In this document: positions 8,625-18,692 of the stretch, piece after piece
Layout of the letters: each line of letters begins with the position of its first letter
Numbering within the stretch: the stretch's first letter is position 1
Origin: Patescibacteria group bacterium
Lineage (GTDB): Bacteria > Patescibacteriota > Patescibacteriia > UBA9934
Length of the DNA: 64,000 bases
Reading direction: 5' to 3'
Assembly (NCBI GenBank): GCA_049296775.1
Contig: JBAQTB010000003.1
Coordinates: forward strand, 12,766 to 76,765
Position numbers and translations under genes: made by a program
Notes under the pieces: model-generated
Seen by the model: only the letters and a program-made list of their open reading frames with translations
The model's database searches: none
Told to the model about the DNA's origin: nothing

Positions 8625-9599
8625 ATGTCTACTTTTTTAGAGGCTTTAACCGAGCGTTTTGCGGCTCAATTCAAGGTCGACGAGCCATTGGCTAAGCATG
8701 TTAACTTTAGGATTGGCGGACCGGCTAAGTATTTTGTAGAAGCAAGGTCGACTGAAGATTTAGTGGCGGTGGTAAAAATCGCTAGAGAGTTTGAAGTTCC
8801 ATATTTTATTTTAGGCGGTGGCTCTAATACGCTGGTGTCTGACGAGGGTTTTTCCGGTTTGGTGATCAAGGCGGCTAATCGACAAGTAATTTTTAACGGA
8901 GAAAGAGTGACGGCCGAGGCTGGGGTGATTGCTGCAACTTTGGCGCGGAGCAGTGCAGATAAAGGTTTGCGTGGTTTTGAGTGGGCCATTTCTTTGCCCG
9001 GCACAATTGGGGGTGCAGTACGTGGAAACGCTGGGTGTTTTGGCGGTGAGGTGAAAGATAATTTGGAGTCTGTGAAGTTATTGCGCCAGGGTGAGGTGGT
9101 TGAGGTCAGCGCTGCTGAGATGCGTTACGGTTACAGACACAGCATTCTGAAAGAGCCTGGTCATGAAACTGATGTGATTTTAGAGGCGACGTTCAAGTTG
9201 GCACCTGGGGACAGGGTCGAGGCCATGGCGGCCTTGGACAAGAATTTAGCTGGTCGCAAGGCTTCACAGCCGCTCGGGTCTGCTAGTGCGGGGTGTATGT
9301 TCAAGAACGTGGAGTTCGCGGATGCAGAAGAGATTAGTAAGTTAAAGTCTAAGGTCGAAATTCCAGAGAACATGTTGGCTATGCGGCGTTTAGGGGCCGG
9401 TTGGTTGATTGATCAACTTGGTTTGAAGGGCATGAAGATGGGGGAGGCGCAGATTGCACCGCAGCATGGCAATTTCTTGTTAAACGTTGGACATGCGAGT
9501 GCTAAAGATATTGCGGCTTTGATTAGTTTGGTAAAAACGCGCGCTCGGAACGAATTTGGAGTACAGTTACATGAGGAGGTCCAGTATCTGGGCTTCTAG
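8625..9599 (+). CDS. murB: UDP-N-acetylenolpyruvoylglucosamine reductase
   Basis: FAD-binding MurB N-domain (HVNFRIGGPAKYF, ILGGGSNTL) and MurB C-domain. Confidence 0.9.
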   Translation: MSTFLEALTERFAAQFKVDEPLAKHVNFRIGGPAKYFVEARSTEDLVAVVKIAREFEVPYFILGGGSNTLVSDEGFSGLVIKAANRQVIFNGERVTAEAGVIAATLARSSADKGLRGFEWAISLPGTIGGAVRGNAGCFGGEVKDNLESVKLLRQGEVVEVSAAEMRYGYRHSILKEPGHETDVILEATFKLAPGDRVEAMAALDKNLAGRKASQPLGSASAGCMFKNVEFADAEEISKLKSKVEIPENMLAMRRLGAGWLIDQLGLKGMKMGEAQIAPQHGNFLLNVGHASAKDIAALISLVKTRARNEFGVQLHEEVQYLGF

Positions 9600-9623
9600 A
9601 CGTTTGATTCTTAGCTGTCTTGT

Positions 9624-9926
9624 ATGCGAATCACAGAAATCAAAGGGACAAACATGGAGTTAACCGAGGCGATTAAGGCGTATGTAGAGAAACGTTTAAG
9701 TTCATTAGATAAGTTGACCGAAAAATATTCCCCTTGCGATGCGGCGGTAGAGGTTGGTAAAACTAGCCAACATCATCAGAAAGGCGAGGTCTTTTTTGCG
9801 GAATTTAATTTGACGATTCCAGGGGAAACTTTGCGGGCGACTTCCACGCAGGAAGATTTGTACGCCGCGATTGATGTGGCTAAAGATGAGTTGCGTCGTC
9901 AGATTGTGGATAGAAAAGTGCGATAA
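9624..9926 (+). CDS. hpf: Ribosome hibernation promoting factor (HPF/RaiA/YfiA family)
   Basis: N-terminus MRITEIKGTNMELTEAIKAYV aligns with HPF MQLNITGNNVEITEALREFV; about 100 aa. Confidence 0.8.
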   Translation: MRITEIKGTNMELTEAIKAYVEKRLSSLDKLTEKYSPCDAAVEVGKTSQHHQKGEVFFAEFNLTIPGETLRATSTQEDLYAAIDVAKDELRRQIVDRKVR

Positions 9927-9927
9927 T

Positions 9928-11292
9928 ATGTTTATTGACGCTTTTCACAAAATTCATTGTGTCGGGATTGGCGGAATTGGCATTAGTGCAATTGCCAAGT
10001 TTTTGTTAGCCAAAGGTAAAGTTGTCACAGGTTCGGATGCGTTTGCGTCGAACATTACCCGAGAACTTGAAACGCGAGGTATCAAAGTAGCGATCGGTCA
10101 GGCAGCTGAACATTTGTCGGCTGACGTTGACCTCGTCGTTTATACCGAGGCGGCGCAGGTTGATAATGTCGAGCGAGCTGAGGCTGCGCGTCGAGGCATT
10201 AAGCAGCTCGGACATTTTGATTTTCTAGGCGAGCTATCTAAAGAGTATCGGACTATTTGCGTGACGGGTACGAACGGGAAGTCGACGACTACGGCCATGA
10301 CCGGTCTAGTGTTTGCGGCGGCTGGTTTGGATCCGACGGTTTTCGTTGGTTCGCTGGTGCCGGGTTGGGCCGATGGCAATTTACGCTTGGGTCAAAGCGA
10401 TATTTTGATTGTGGAAGGTGACGAGTATAAACGTAAGATGTTGAAGTTGCATCCAGACACAACCTTGATTACGAATATCGAGTTAGATCATTTGGATGTC
10501 TACAAAGATCTGGCAGATATTGAAGCCGCATTTAAGACATTATGTCTGCAGACCAAGCGGCAAGTGTTTTTGAATGTGTTTGAACATGAGCGTGGCATTT
10601 ATGTTGGTGAAGGAGAGGCCAAGGAAGAATATTTCGGTTTAGAGTTTATCGGTAAGCCTAAGCTGCCGTGGTTTTGGAAGCCGACTAAACGTGACCGTGT
10701 GATTGGTGATGGGAAACAGAGTTTGCAAGGGCTGGAGTTACAGGTGCCGGGTGAATTCAATATGATGAACGCACTGGGCGCTAGGTCCATTGCACGGGCT
10801 TATGGCATTGATGACGCGGTTATCGCCCAGGCGTTATTTGACTTCAAGGGTATTTGGCGACGGTTTGAAGTGGTGGGTGAATACGCTGGCGCGACGATTA
10901 TTTCTGATTACGGTCATCACCCCACGGCTATCCGGGGCACTTTGGCAGCGGCTAAAGAATTTTATCCAGGTCGGCGGTTAGTGGTTTTATTTGAGCCGCA
11001 CCAGCATAGCCGTACCAAAGAATTATTTGCCGATTTTGTGACAGCTTTTAAGTTAGCCGACAAAGTCATTTTGTCCGAAATTTATCACGTGGAGGGCCGG
11101 GTAGCGAGTGAGGGGGAGGTATCGAGTTTGGATTTGGTTAAGGCGATTAACTTGGACTCAGTTACGTACGCCCCTAATTTAGGGGAAGCTGAAGCTCAGT
11201 TACGGTCGGTTATCCAGCCTGGTGACGTCGTCGTAATTATGGGAGCGGGGGATGTCGATAAAGTAGCGAGGAATTTATGTGTTAAACCATAA
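9928..11292 (+). CDS. murC: UDP-N-acetylmuramate--L-alanine ligase
   Basis: Mur ligase motifs HCVGIGGIGISAIA and GTNGKSTTTAM. Start taken at MFIDAFHKIH (9928). Confidence 0.9.
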   Translation: MFIDAFHKIHCVGIGGIGISAIAKFLLAKGKVVTGSDAFASNITRELETRGIKVAIGQAAEHLSADVDLVVYTEAAQVDNVERAEAARRGIKQLGHFDFLGELSKEYRTICVTGTNGKSTTTAMTGLVFAAAGLDPTVFVGSLVPGWADGNLRLGQSDILIVEGDEYKRKMLKLHPDTTLITNIELDHLDVYKDLADIEAAFKTLCLQTKRQVFLNVFEHERGIYVGEGEAKEEYFGLEFIGKPKLPWFWKPTKRDRVIGDGKQSLQGLELQVPGEFNMMNALGARSIARAYGIDDAVIAQALFDFKGIWRRFEVVGEYAGATIISDYGHHPTAIRGTLAAAKEFYPGRRLVVLFEPHQHSRTKELFADFVTAFKLADKVILSEIYHVEGRVASEGEVSSLDLVKAINLDSVTYAPNLGEAEAQLRSVIQPGDVVVIMGAGDVDKVARNLCVKP

Positions 11293-11295
11293 GTT

Positions 11296-12621
11296 ATGGA
11301 AGGTTTAGGACGTGGACCAGAAATGCCGGTGCCTCAAGACGAGGTTCGTGAGTTTAACTCGGCTGCGAATCGTGGCGAAGTGACAGAGGAGATCGCTATA
11401 GAGGCGGCGCGTAAGGCTGAGTCTGATCAGGCAGCAGCAGCGCTTGAAGTTCAGTCTAATCAAGGAACCGAGGATCTCTTTGATTTTAAAAATGATGCGA
11501 ACAATCGAGAGTCGACTGAGGAGATTTTTAAGCTGCCAAAAGAGACGGTGCCCTTTGAGAAATTGCCTGAGGCCGAGCAAGTTAAGTTGTTGGACAAAAT
11601 GTTAGCTGGGATGCGTGAGGCGATTGGTCCAGTGAGAGATTATGCCGTGTTTGCGAGTACGGCCATGTATTTAAATGGTGAGAAAGCGGTACAGCGGGGT
11701 GATGCCGAGGGTAAGACGCTGATGAAGCCGCCAGGAGATTTTGATGCTGCAGTTTGGAGAGAAGAGGATTTGGATAAGATCAGGGAACGGATGCGCCGGA
11801 TGCCGGATGTGGTTTTTTCTAATGCTCAAGTGGATGCTGACGGTAATATTTTGCGAGATCAAGATGGCGAGGTTTTATATGACGGTCAGCCGGGTAGGTA
11901 CAGCAATCTGTCTGGTCAGGTGAAAGTTTTGGCGGGTAAACGGATTTCAGAGGAGATGGTTAACGGCGAGATGCAAAAGGTAGCTTATGATTTTGAGTTT
12001 TTCTTAAACTCTAGAATGGTGCGTCAGGATATGGCCAGAGCGCACACTACGGAGGCACAGGGATTGAGGATTTTAGATTTGGCGGGTTTACAAATTCAGT
12101 ATGAGGCTAATTTTGCTTACGAGAGTAACGTCAATGAGGTAGTACAGCAGTTTGTAGAGGAATTACACACGAAAGATCCAGAAAAACAGGCAGGTTTACA
12201 AGCCTTTAAACGAGAGATCATGAGCTTGCCAGAAGTCCGTGATGACAATGGCGAAGTGATAGAGGATCAAGAGGAAGACGTTGCTTTGACAGACGAAACT
12301 CGGGCTGCACTCCAGCGCGTTGATTTGAGCCCGCACGACATGCAGAAGGTGTTTAAAATTCAGGACGAGTTGGATAAGATTGATAGTAGTTCTAATATTC
12401 CGTTTGCGCGTTTAACCGGAGAGGGGCTGATGGAACTGTACGCGCAAGCTTATATCGACGCCGGTGATGACGCTAAGGCGCTTGATCTGAAGGACAAGCA
12501 CGCCAAAGTGCAAAAGCTAATTGCTGAGCGCGCAACGATTTTGTCCGGTGGCTCTAAAACTAAGTTAGCTAAGCGGGCCTTGAACTTGATTCAGTTAGCT
12601 AGAATGCGTGGTCAGGCTTAG
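11296..12621 (+). CDS. Acidic hypothetical protein (possible minimal nucleotidyltransferase-like segment)
   Basis: 441 aa, very acidic, no TM helix. FASTAMYLNG...KPPGDFDAAVW loosely resembles the hG[GS]...DxD nucleotidyltransferase motif. Confidence 0.35.
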   Translation: MEGLGRGPEMPVPQDEVREFNSAANRGEVTEEIAIEAARKAESDQAAAALEVQSNQGTEDLFDFKNDANNRESTEEIFKLPKETVPFEKLPEAEQVKLLDKMLAGMREAIGPVRDYAVFASTAMYLNGEKAVQRGDAEGKTLMKPPGDFDAAVWREEDLDKIRERMRRMPDVVFSNAQVDADGNILRDQDGEVLYDGQPGRYSNLSGQVKVLAGKRISEEMVNGEMQKVAYDFEFFLNSRMVRQDMARAHTTEAQGLRILDLAGLQIQYEANFAYESNVNEVVQQFVEELHTKDPEKQAGLQAFKREIMSLPEVRDDNGEVIEDQEEDVALTDETRAALQRVDLSPHDMQKVFKIQDELDKIDSSSNIPFARLTGEGLMELYAQAYIDAGDDAKALDLKDKHAKVQKLIAERATILSGGSKTKLAKRALNLIQLARMRGQA

Positions 12622-12690
12622 CGACTTAGCCCCAGACTTCCGCTTGAGTTTTTGTGCGAATTAGCGCACACTGGGGCTAATTATTTGCCT

Positions 12691-15408
12691 ATGTCTTGGA
12701 TTACAAAATTCTTTGGAGACCCTAACGCTAAAGTTGTCGCTAATCTTCGGCAAGAAGTTGCGGAAATTAACGCCCTAGAGGCTGGAATTGCAGCTTTGTC
12801 AGATGAGCAATTGCAGGCCAAGACTGTAGAGTTTAAGCAGCGTTTAACGGCTGGAGCGTCTATTGATAGTTTGACGTATGAGGCTTTCGCGGTGATTAGG
12901 GAAGCGTCTAAACGCGTGCTTGGTCAGCGTCATTATGACGTGCAGCTCATGGGCGGATTGGTGTTGCATAAAACAGGGATCGCAGAAATGCGGACTGGTG
13001 AGGGTAAGACTTTGACGGGTACAGCTCCGATTTTTTTGAATGCTTTAGCCGGTAAAGGTGTACACGTGATTACGGTTAACGATTACTTGGCTAAGCGTGA
13101 CGCCGTCTGGATGGGACGAGTATTTCATTTCATGGGTTTGAGCGTGGGTTGTATTCAGCATGAGAGTGGTTACCGTTACGACGAAGCGTATAAAGCTCCG
13201 GTCATTGAAGTGGCGGCAGATAAGGTCGATGAAGTTAAGGCGACTGTGCAGTCTTTTAGGGTGGAGATGGATAGTTTGAGGCCAGCTTCACGCAAGGAGG
13301 CGTATGACGCGGACGTAACTTACGGCACGAATAATGAGTTTGGTTTTGATTACTTGCGTGACAACATGGCGCAGGCACCGGAGAATTTGGTGCAACGGGG
13401 ATTACATTATGCGTTGATTGATGAAGTTGATTCGATTTTGATTGACGAGGCCAGAACGCCGTTGATTATTTCTACGGCCGCTCAAGAGTCAGCTGAGGAA
13501 TATTATCAATTTGCCGAGATCGCTAAGACGTTTGTTGAACATGAGGATTATAATTTAGATGAGAAGATGCGCGTGTCTACGTTTACAGAAGTTGGTTTAC
13601 AGAAGGTAGAAAAGGCTTTGGGTGTGACGAATTTGTATGAGCAAGGTTTGAACATGGTGCATCATGCTGAGCAATCTTTGCGGGCCCAGGCGTTGTTTAA
13701 GAAAGATAAAGATTATGTAGTCCGTGACGGTGAGGTGGTGATTGTGGATGAGTTCACTGGCCGCATGATGGAAGGTAGACGGTATTCAGAGGGCCTGCAC
13801 CAGGCGATTGAGGCCAAGGAAGGCGTGAAGATTCAGCGTGAGAGTAAAACCATGGCGACGATTACGTTTCAGAACTATTTCCGTTTGTACACCAAGTTAG
13901 CAGGTATGACGGGAACGGCTGCGACTGAAGCTGAAGAATTTGAGAAGATTTATAAATTAGAGGTGACACAAATTCCGACGCATCGTGAGAATAAGCGTAA
14001 AGATTTGCCGGATAGAATTTATCGTACAGAAAAGGGCAAGTGGTTGGCGGTTGTTCAGGAAGTAAAGGAACGACATGCTTTGGGTCAGCCAGTTTTGATT
14101 GGTACGGTTTCGATTGAGAAGAATGAATTGTTGGGGGAGTTGTTAAGGGCTGCTGGAGTGCCGTACAAGATGTTGAATGCTAAAAACCATGAGCAGGAAG
14201 CTGAGATTATTGCGCAAGCGGGTAAGCGCGGGGGAGTGACCTTGGCGACTAACATGGCTGGACGTGGTGTGGACATTATTATGGGTGGTAACCCGCCGAG
14301 CGTGGATGAGGCTGAGATTACTAAGAGTGCGGGTGGTTTGCACGTGATTGGTACTGAGCGGCATGAGAGTCGTAGAATTGATAACCAGTTGCGGGGTAGA
14401 GCTGGGCGTCAGGGTGATCCTGGTAGCACGCAATTCTTTGTGTCATTAGATGATGACATCATGAGAATTTTTGCGACCACCAGAGTTAAGCAGATGATGG
14501 CGAGTTTGGGGATCGAAGAAACAGTGCCGATTGAAAGCCGGATGGTAACTAACGCTTTAGAGAAGGCGCAGCAGAGGGTGGAAGGTCATAACTTTGATAC
14601 ACGTAAACACGTTTTGGAGTACGATGACGTGTTGAATAAGCACAGATTATCTATTTATGATGAGCGCAAGAGTTTGATGATCGATAAAGGGGCTAAGGCA
14701 CATGCGGAGATTTTGCGGATGCTGGAAAGCGAGGTAGAGAGAATTGTGTATTTCCATACGTCTAGAGAAGCTCATGACGTGCCGGTGCAGTTTACCGTTA
14801 ACCCTAATCAGTCTACGGCTGCTAATCCTGAATATGGTGATTGGAATCCCAAGGAGATTCTAGAGTCTTTAAATACGATTTTAAAGCTTAAACTAGAAGA
14901 CGAGCAGGCCATTCAAGATAATCTAAAGGAGCTCTCTAGGGATAAGGAAGTGTTAGCAGCCCAGCGGACGGCGGTGATTGAGACTGTCTTGGCAGCGGCC
15001 AAAGAGCGTTATCAAGAACGTTCGGAAAAGATCGCCACGCCTGAGGCCCTGGCACGTCTTGAACGTACGGTGCTGTTGCGCTCTATTGATACCATGTGGA
15101 TGCGTCATTTGGACGACATGTCTTATTTGCGTCGCACCATTGGTTTGCAGGGTTACGCTCAGCGTGATCCGTTAGTTGAATATAAGAAAGAATCCTTTAG
15201 ACTTTACACTTCCATGCGTCAAGAAATGTCTAGGGAAGTGGTTTACAATATCTTTAAAATTTTAGATCAAGCCGCGGATGCTCAAGTAGTCATGAACGCC
15301 GCGCCTGACATGATGAACGCTCTCAGCAAGATGCTCGGTCTAGGCGCCAACGGCACTAACGGTACCAATACCGGTGACAGCAAACCCCAATCAAAAATCG
15401 GCGGTTAG
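12691..15408 (+). CDS. secA: Preprotein translocase ATPase SecA
   Basis: MSWITKFFG..., DEAD motor motifs MRTGEGKTLT and LIDEVDSILIDEARTPLIIS, C-terminal region. Start taken at 12691. Confidence 0.95.
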   Translation: MSWITKFFGDPNAKVVANLRQEVAEINALEAGIAALSDEQLQAKTVEFKQRLTAGASIDSLTYEAFAVIREASKRVLGQRHYDVQLMGGLVLHKTGIAEMRTGEGKTLTGTAPIFLNALAGKGVHVITVNDYLAKRDAVWMGRVFHFMGLSVGCIQHESGYRYDEAYKAPVIEVAADKVDEVKATVQSFRVEMDSLRPASRKEAYDADVTYGTNNEFGFDYLRDNMAQAPENLVQRGLHYALIDEVDSILIDEARTPLIISTAAQESAEEYYQFAEIAKTFVEHEDYNLDEKMRVSTFTEVGLQKVEKALGVTNLYEQGLNMVHHAEQSLRAQALFKKDKDYVVRDGEVVIVDEFTGRMMEGRRYSEGLHQAIEAKEGVKIQRESKTMATITFQNYFRLYTKLAGMTGTAATEAEEFEKIYKLEVTQIPTHRENKRKDLPDRIYRTEKGKWLAVVQEVKERHALGQPVLIGTVSIEKNELLGELLRAAGVPYKMLNAKNHEQEAEIIAQAGKRGGVTLATNMAGRGVDIIMGGNPPSVDEAEITKSAGGLHVIGTERHESRRIDNQLRGRAGRQGDPGSTQFFVSLDDDIMRIFATTRVKQMMASLGIEETVPIESRMVTNALEKAQQRVEGHNFDTRKHVLEYDDVLNKHRLSIYDERKSLMIDKGAKAHAEILRMLESEVERIVYFHTSREAHDVPVQFTVNPNQSTAANPEYGDWNPKEILESLNTILKLKLEDEQAIQDNLKELSRDKEVLAAQRTAVIETVLAAAKERYQERSEKIATPEALARLERTVLLRSIDTMWMRHLDDMSYLRRTIGLQGYAQRDPLVEYKKESFRLYTSMRQEMSREVVYNIFKILDQAADAQVVMNAAPDMMNALSKMLGLGANGTNGTNTGDSKPQSKIGG

Positions 15409-15441
15409 GACCTTTTATTGGCGAATATTAGTTGTTTTTTT

Positions 15442-15474
15442 AAGGCTTTTTACTTGACAAAAGCCTGTTTTTAT
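15442..15474 (+). terminator. Intrinsic terminator after secA
   Basis: Stem aggctttt/aaaagcct, loop tacttgaca, then GUUUUUAUG. Confidence 0.6.
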
Positions 15475-15482
15475 GCTATAAA
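15454..15482 (+). promoter_or_regulatory. Sigma-70-like promoter (TTGACA-N17-TATAAA) overlapping the secA terminator
   Basis: ttgaca at 15454-15459, 17-nt spacer, tataaa at 15477-15482. AGGAG-like SD then ATG at 15523. Confidence 0.5.
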
Positions 15483-15522
15483 TCTCGTATCGAGCTAACT
15501 TTGGCCCGATACAGGAGACGTC

Positions 15523-15789
15523 ATGCGCGCAATGTTTTTGGTCGTTTTGGCGATTTTGTCCGGTTGTAAAAACGAGGCAAGCGTGTGCGAGGATTACTTC
15601 GTAGCCGGTGATGATCCGACGTTCTGCATCGAGAACGTTACGGGGAACGCGGGGAGTTTCGTGGCGGTCATCGAACATGACCCACGAGATTTTGACGCCT
15701 TCATCCAACAGGGTGAAGAGAGTTGGGACATCAAGATGTTCAAACTCGAGGGCTCTAAGCCTGGTGCCGACGTTCGGACTGCCCTATGA
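15523..15789 (+). CDS. Small putative lipoprotein
   Basis: Signal peptide MRAMFLVVLAILSGC with lipobox L-S-G-C. lgt is present in the window (43837). Confidence 0.6.
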   Translation: MRAMFLVVLAILSGCKNEASVCEDYFVAGDDPTFCIENVTGNAGSFVAVIEHDPRDFDAFIQQGEESWDIKMFKLEGSKPGADVRTAL

Positions 15790-16319
15790 TTAACCCGCAA
15801 AAGTTAGTCGTCGCGCTCCATTTCTCAAGCATCAAAAAGAGAGGATACATAGTCAAGGTTCGCACAACTGTGGACGGACCTCTAGAAGAGCGGTCACGCT
15901 ACGATCTACCTCTGGTTTGGGATCGCATTTTTAGCACCATGGATGAACTAGCCAACAGCGTTGGCGCCTGTGAAGCCACCATTCGCGTGGGGGATACCTG
16001 CTTCAAGAGCACGGTTGCGTTATCGACTGACGAATTTGAGCGACGTACTCACATAATCAATATTGTAGCCACAGAAGCTCTCTCCGTCGCACCAAGTGGG
16101 CCAGAGTTGCTCGTTCTGAAGCCGCAACCTAGCGGCGAAGACAAGCAGCAGTTTATTCCGCCTGTCGCCGACGTAACGTCGCCCAACCGGACGAATCTGG
16201 TGACCACGCTTGCTGCCGCCATGATTCTAGTTGGGCTGATAGCGTTTGGAGCTGGATGGCGCCTGAGCCGCCACTTTCAGGAGCACTCCTCCAGTCAACT
16301 GTCCGATTTAGCTGACTGA
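15786..16319 (+). CDS. Hypothetical protein with C-terminal membrane anchor
   Basis: 177 aa; one TM helix LVTTLAAAMILVGLIAFGAGW near the C-terminus. Start overlaps the previous stop (ATGA). Confidence 0.5.
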   Translation: MINPQKLVVALHFSSIKKRGYIVKVRTTVDGPLEERSRYDLPLVWDRIFSTMDELANSVGACEATIRVGDTCFKSTVALSTDEFERRTHIINIVATEALSVAPSGPELLVLKPQPSGEDKQQFIPPVADVTSPNRTNLVTTLAAAMILVGLIAFGAGWRLSRHFQEHSSSQLSDLAD

Positions 16320-16342
16320 GGTCGCGCCTGATCGAGAATCTT

Positions 16343-16378
16343 GCCCGATAGACCACTGGTCTGTCGGGCATTTGTTTT
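16343..16378 (+). terminator. Intrinsic terminator
   Basis: gcccgatag / ctgtcgggc stem with 9-nt loop, followed by ATTTGTTTT. Confidence 0.65.
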
Positions 16379-16487
16379 ACGAGCCCTCAGGTTTGCGCCG
16401 CCGGTGATTTTGTTTTGTCCGAATGAATGTCTGATTCAACTCGACAGAATCAGGAGGGGGTGATCCTAAAGAAAGTAATAGAGATCG

Positions 16488-16521
16488 ATAAGTCCTTCGG
16501 CATCCGCCTCAGGATGGTGAT
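16488..16521. repeat. 34-nt motif taagtccttcggcatccgcctcaggatggtgatg, shared with 46069..46126
   Basis: The same ggcatccgcctcaggatggt(g/a)atg core and taagtcctt prefix occur at 46069..46126; the second copy carries a 25-nt insertion. Confidence 0.5.
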
Positions 16522-16602
16522 GTGCGGTACAGACTGGTCGGCGACCCGTCTGTACGCCAAATGTGAGTGTGATGAGATGAAGTAAGAAAGATTAAAGTCG
16601 TG

Positions 16603-17661
16603 CTAAGATAAAATTTTGAACTTGGCTTTTTGATTTTTGCGGATGCGGATACGTTCTTCTAGAGGCAAGGCAACGATAGCCTGACAGGCTTCAGAGCAGG
16701 TGCCGAGGGTTTTTTGTTTACAGTCTGCACACTGGATAAATAGAGCGTGACAGAGATCGCTCTTGCAGTTGTCGTAGCTGTCGGCGGGCTGCTGGCAGGT
16801 GTGGCATTTTCCTAGAATGTCTGGAGTGACCGCTTCCGCCATGCGGCCGTCGAACACGAAATTTTTGCCTTTGAATTTTGACTCAAGACCAGCTTGTTCA
16901 ACTTCATGTTTGTAGTTTATGATGCCGCCGTATAGCTGACTGACATCTTTAAATCCGTTGTGTTTTAAGAAGGCACTAGCTTTTTCACAGCGAATTCCAC
17001 CTGTGCAGTAAAGTAAAACTTTCTCGTCTTTTTTGTCGTTGAGAAGTTGGATAACTTCTTGAAGCTCTTCACCAAAAGTTTGTGAGCTAGGTGTCACAGC
17101 ATTTTCAAAATGACCAATGTCACTCTCATATTTATTCCGCATGTCTACCACGAGTGCGCCCTCTTCCATGGCAGCATTAAAAGCTTGGGCGTCTAAATGA
17201 TTACCAACGTTGTTGAGGTCGTAACTACCTGCCGGAAGATTATCAGCTACGATCTGTTTTTTGACCTTGATGATCAGTTTCCAGAACGAGACAGTGGGTT
17301 CTTCTAGGGCGTATTTAAATTCAACGCCCGAAAAATACGGTGAAGCATCAATCAGCTGACGAAAATTCTCAAGCTCTGGTTTGGGCACACTAATCTGCGC
17401 ATTAATGCCTTCTGTTGATAAATAAATTCGGCCGAGCACGTTGAGCTTTTCAAATGCAATAAACAGCTCGTCTCTTAGAGCGTCGGGTTCGGTAATGGTC
17501 ACGTAGCGGTAAAACGAAATCGTCTGCCGGGCAAAGGTCTCGGCAGCCAGCTTGGCTAGGGCTTGGGTTTGATTAAGTTTATTGGCTAATTGACGCATAA
17601 AATCTTCCAAATTAAACACTAAATTGGGCAGGCTTGCAAGTCTTGTGTTAATGTTAGGCAT
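16603..17661 (-). CDS. trhO: Rhodanese-domain tRNA uridine(34) hydroxylase (YceA/TrhO, UPF0176 family)
   Basis: UPF0176 N-domain plus rhodanese active-site loop CTGGIRCEKA, then a Cys-rich C-terminal zinc-binding tail. Confidence 0.75.
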   Translation of the reverse strand: MPNINTRLASLPNLVFNLEDFMRQLANKLNQTQALAKLAAETFARQTISFYRYVTITEPDALRDELFIAFEKLNVLGRIYLSTEGINAQISVPKPELENFRQLIDASPYFSGVEFKYALEEPTVSFWKLIIKVKKQIVADNLPAGSYDLNNVGNHLDAQAFNAAMEEGALVVDMRNKYESDIGHFENAVTPSSQTFGEELQEVIQLLNDKKDEKVLLYCTGGIRCEKASAFLKHNGFKDVSQLYGGIINYKHEVEQAGLESKFKGKNFVFDGRMAEAVTPDILGKCHTCQQPADSYDNCKSDLCHALFIQCADCKQKTLGTCSEACQAIVALPLEERIRIRKNQKAKFKILS

Positions 17662-17784
17662 TGAATAATGACCACCCTGATTCTTAGCCTACGCTCAGGA
17701 TCGGATTGGAAAGGGTTGGGTTGGTCCACAGGATTGGGAGGTGTTACTAATTCTTTAGAACGCGCCTCAGGGTAATTTAGTTCT

Positions 17785-18612
17785 ATGATCGGTGTTTTTG
17801 ATTCAGGTTTTGGCGGACTCGTGATTCTCCGCGAGCTCGTCAAACAGCTACCAGAATATTCTTACGTTTACCTGGGTGACAATGCCCGAGCCCCGTACGG
17901 ACCCCGCACGCCAGATGAGATTTACGAGTTTACCCTTCAAGCAGTCGAGAAGTTATTCGCAGAAGGTTGTGAGCTTGTCTTGCTCGCGTGTAACACGGCC
18001 TCGGCCAATGCTTTACGCCGGATCCAACAGAATGATTTAGTGAGATTTCCGGGTAAGAAGGTGCTGGGAATTCTGGTGCCGACTATTGAGCAGATTACCG
18101 GTTTGCCCTGGAGCGCCTTGCACCCGTATCCGCAAGCCATGCGGATTGGCGTGTTTGCCACGGCAGCGACGGTGAATTCGCATGCGTATCGGACAGAGAT
18201 TTTGCGACGCAACCCTCAAGCGGAAGTGGTTGAGATCGCCTGTCCGGACTTGGCGACCATGATTGAGTCTGCCGTTGATGAGGCTGAGCTCCGTGCTTAC
18301 GTCGCAACTTGCGTCGACAAGCTTCGGTCCGAGCTCCCAGAACCCGACGCCGTTTTGCTCGGTTGCACGCATTACCCCTTGGTGCTCGAGTACTTTGTGG
18401 AGACCTTGCCCGACGTGCCGGTTTTCGATCAAGGACAAATTACCGCTGATGCCTTGAAAGAATATTTACGTACTCATCCAGAACTCGATGCGCGTTTAGC
18501 TAAAACGGGCGACTGGAGATTTTTGACTACGGGTGAAGGTGCTAAGATAGCGCCGTTAGCGTCGGCGTTCTTTGGCCTGCCTATAGACTGCGAGGAGGTC
18601 GTGCTATCATAA
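17785..18612 (+). CDS. murI: Glutamate racemase
   Basis: IGVFDSGFGGL and LACNTAS motifs; full length. Confidence 0.9.
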   Translation: MIGVFDSGFGGLVILRELVKQLPEYSYVYLGDNARAPYGPRTPDEIYEFTLQAVEKLFAEGCELVLLACNTASANALRRIQQNDLVRFPGKKVLGILVPTIEQITGLPWSALHPYPQAMRIGVFATAATVNSHAYRTEILRRNPQAEVVEIACPDLATMIESAVDEAELRAYVATCVDKLRSELPEPDAVLLGCTHYPLVLEYFVETLPDVPVFDQGQITADALKEYLRTHPELDARLAKTGDWRFLTTGEGAKIAPLASAFFGLPIDCEEVVLS

Positions 18613-18692
18613 CGCCCGTCGAGACTTGCCTGAGGATTGTGGCAAACAACCCCTCACAACTTTAATCTTTAATCTTGTTTCTTAATCACGCT

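Noticed and set aside
8234-8640. ORFs 8234..8569 (+), 8392..8640 (+) and 8370..8606 (-) inside the GC-rich island
   Set aside because: Arg/Gly/Pro-rich products driven by GC content, with no RBS and overlapping one another. The region is better explained as structured RNA.
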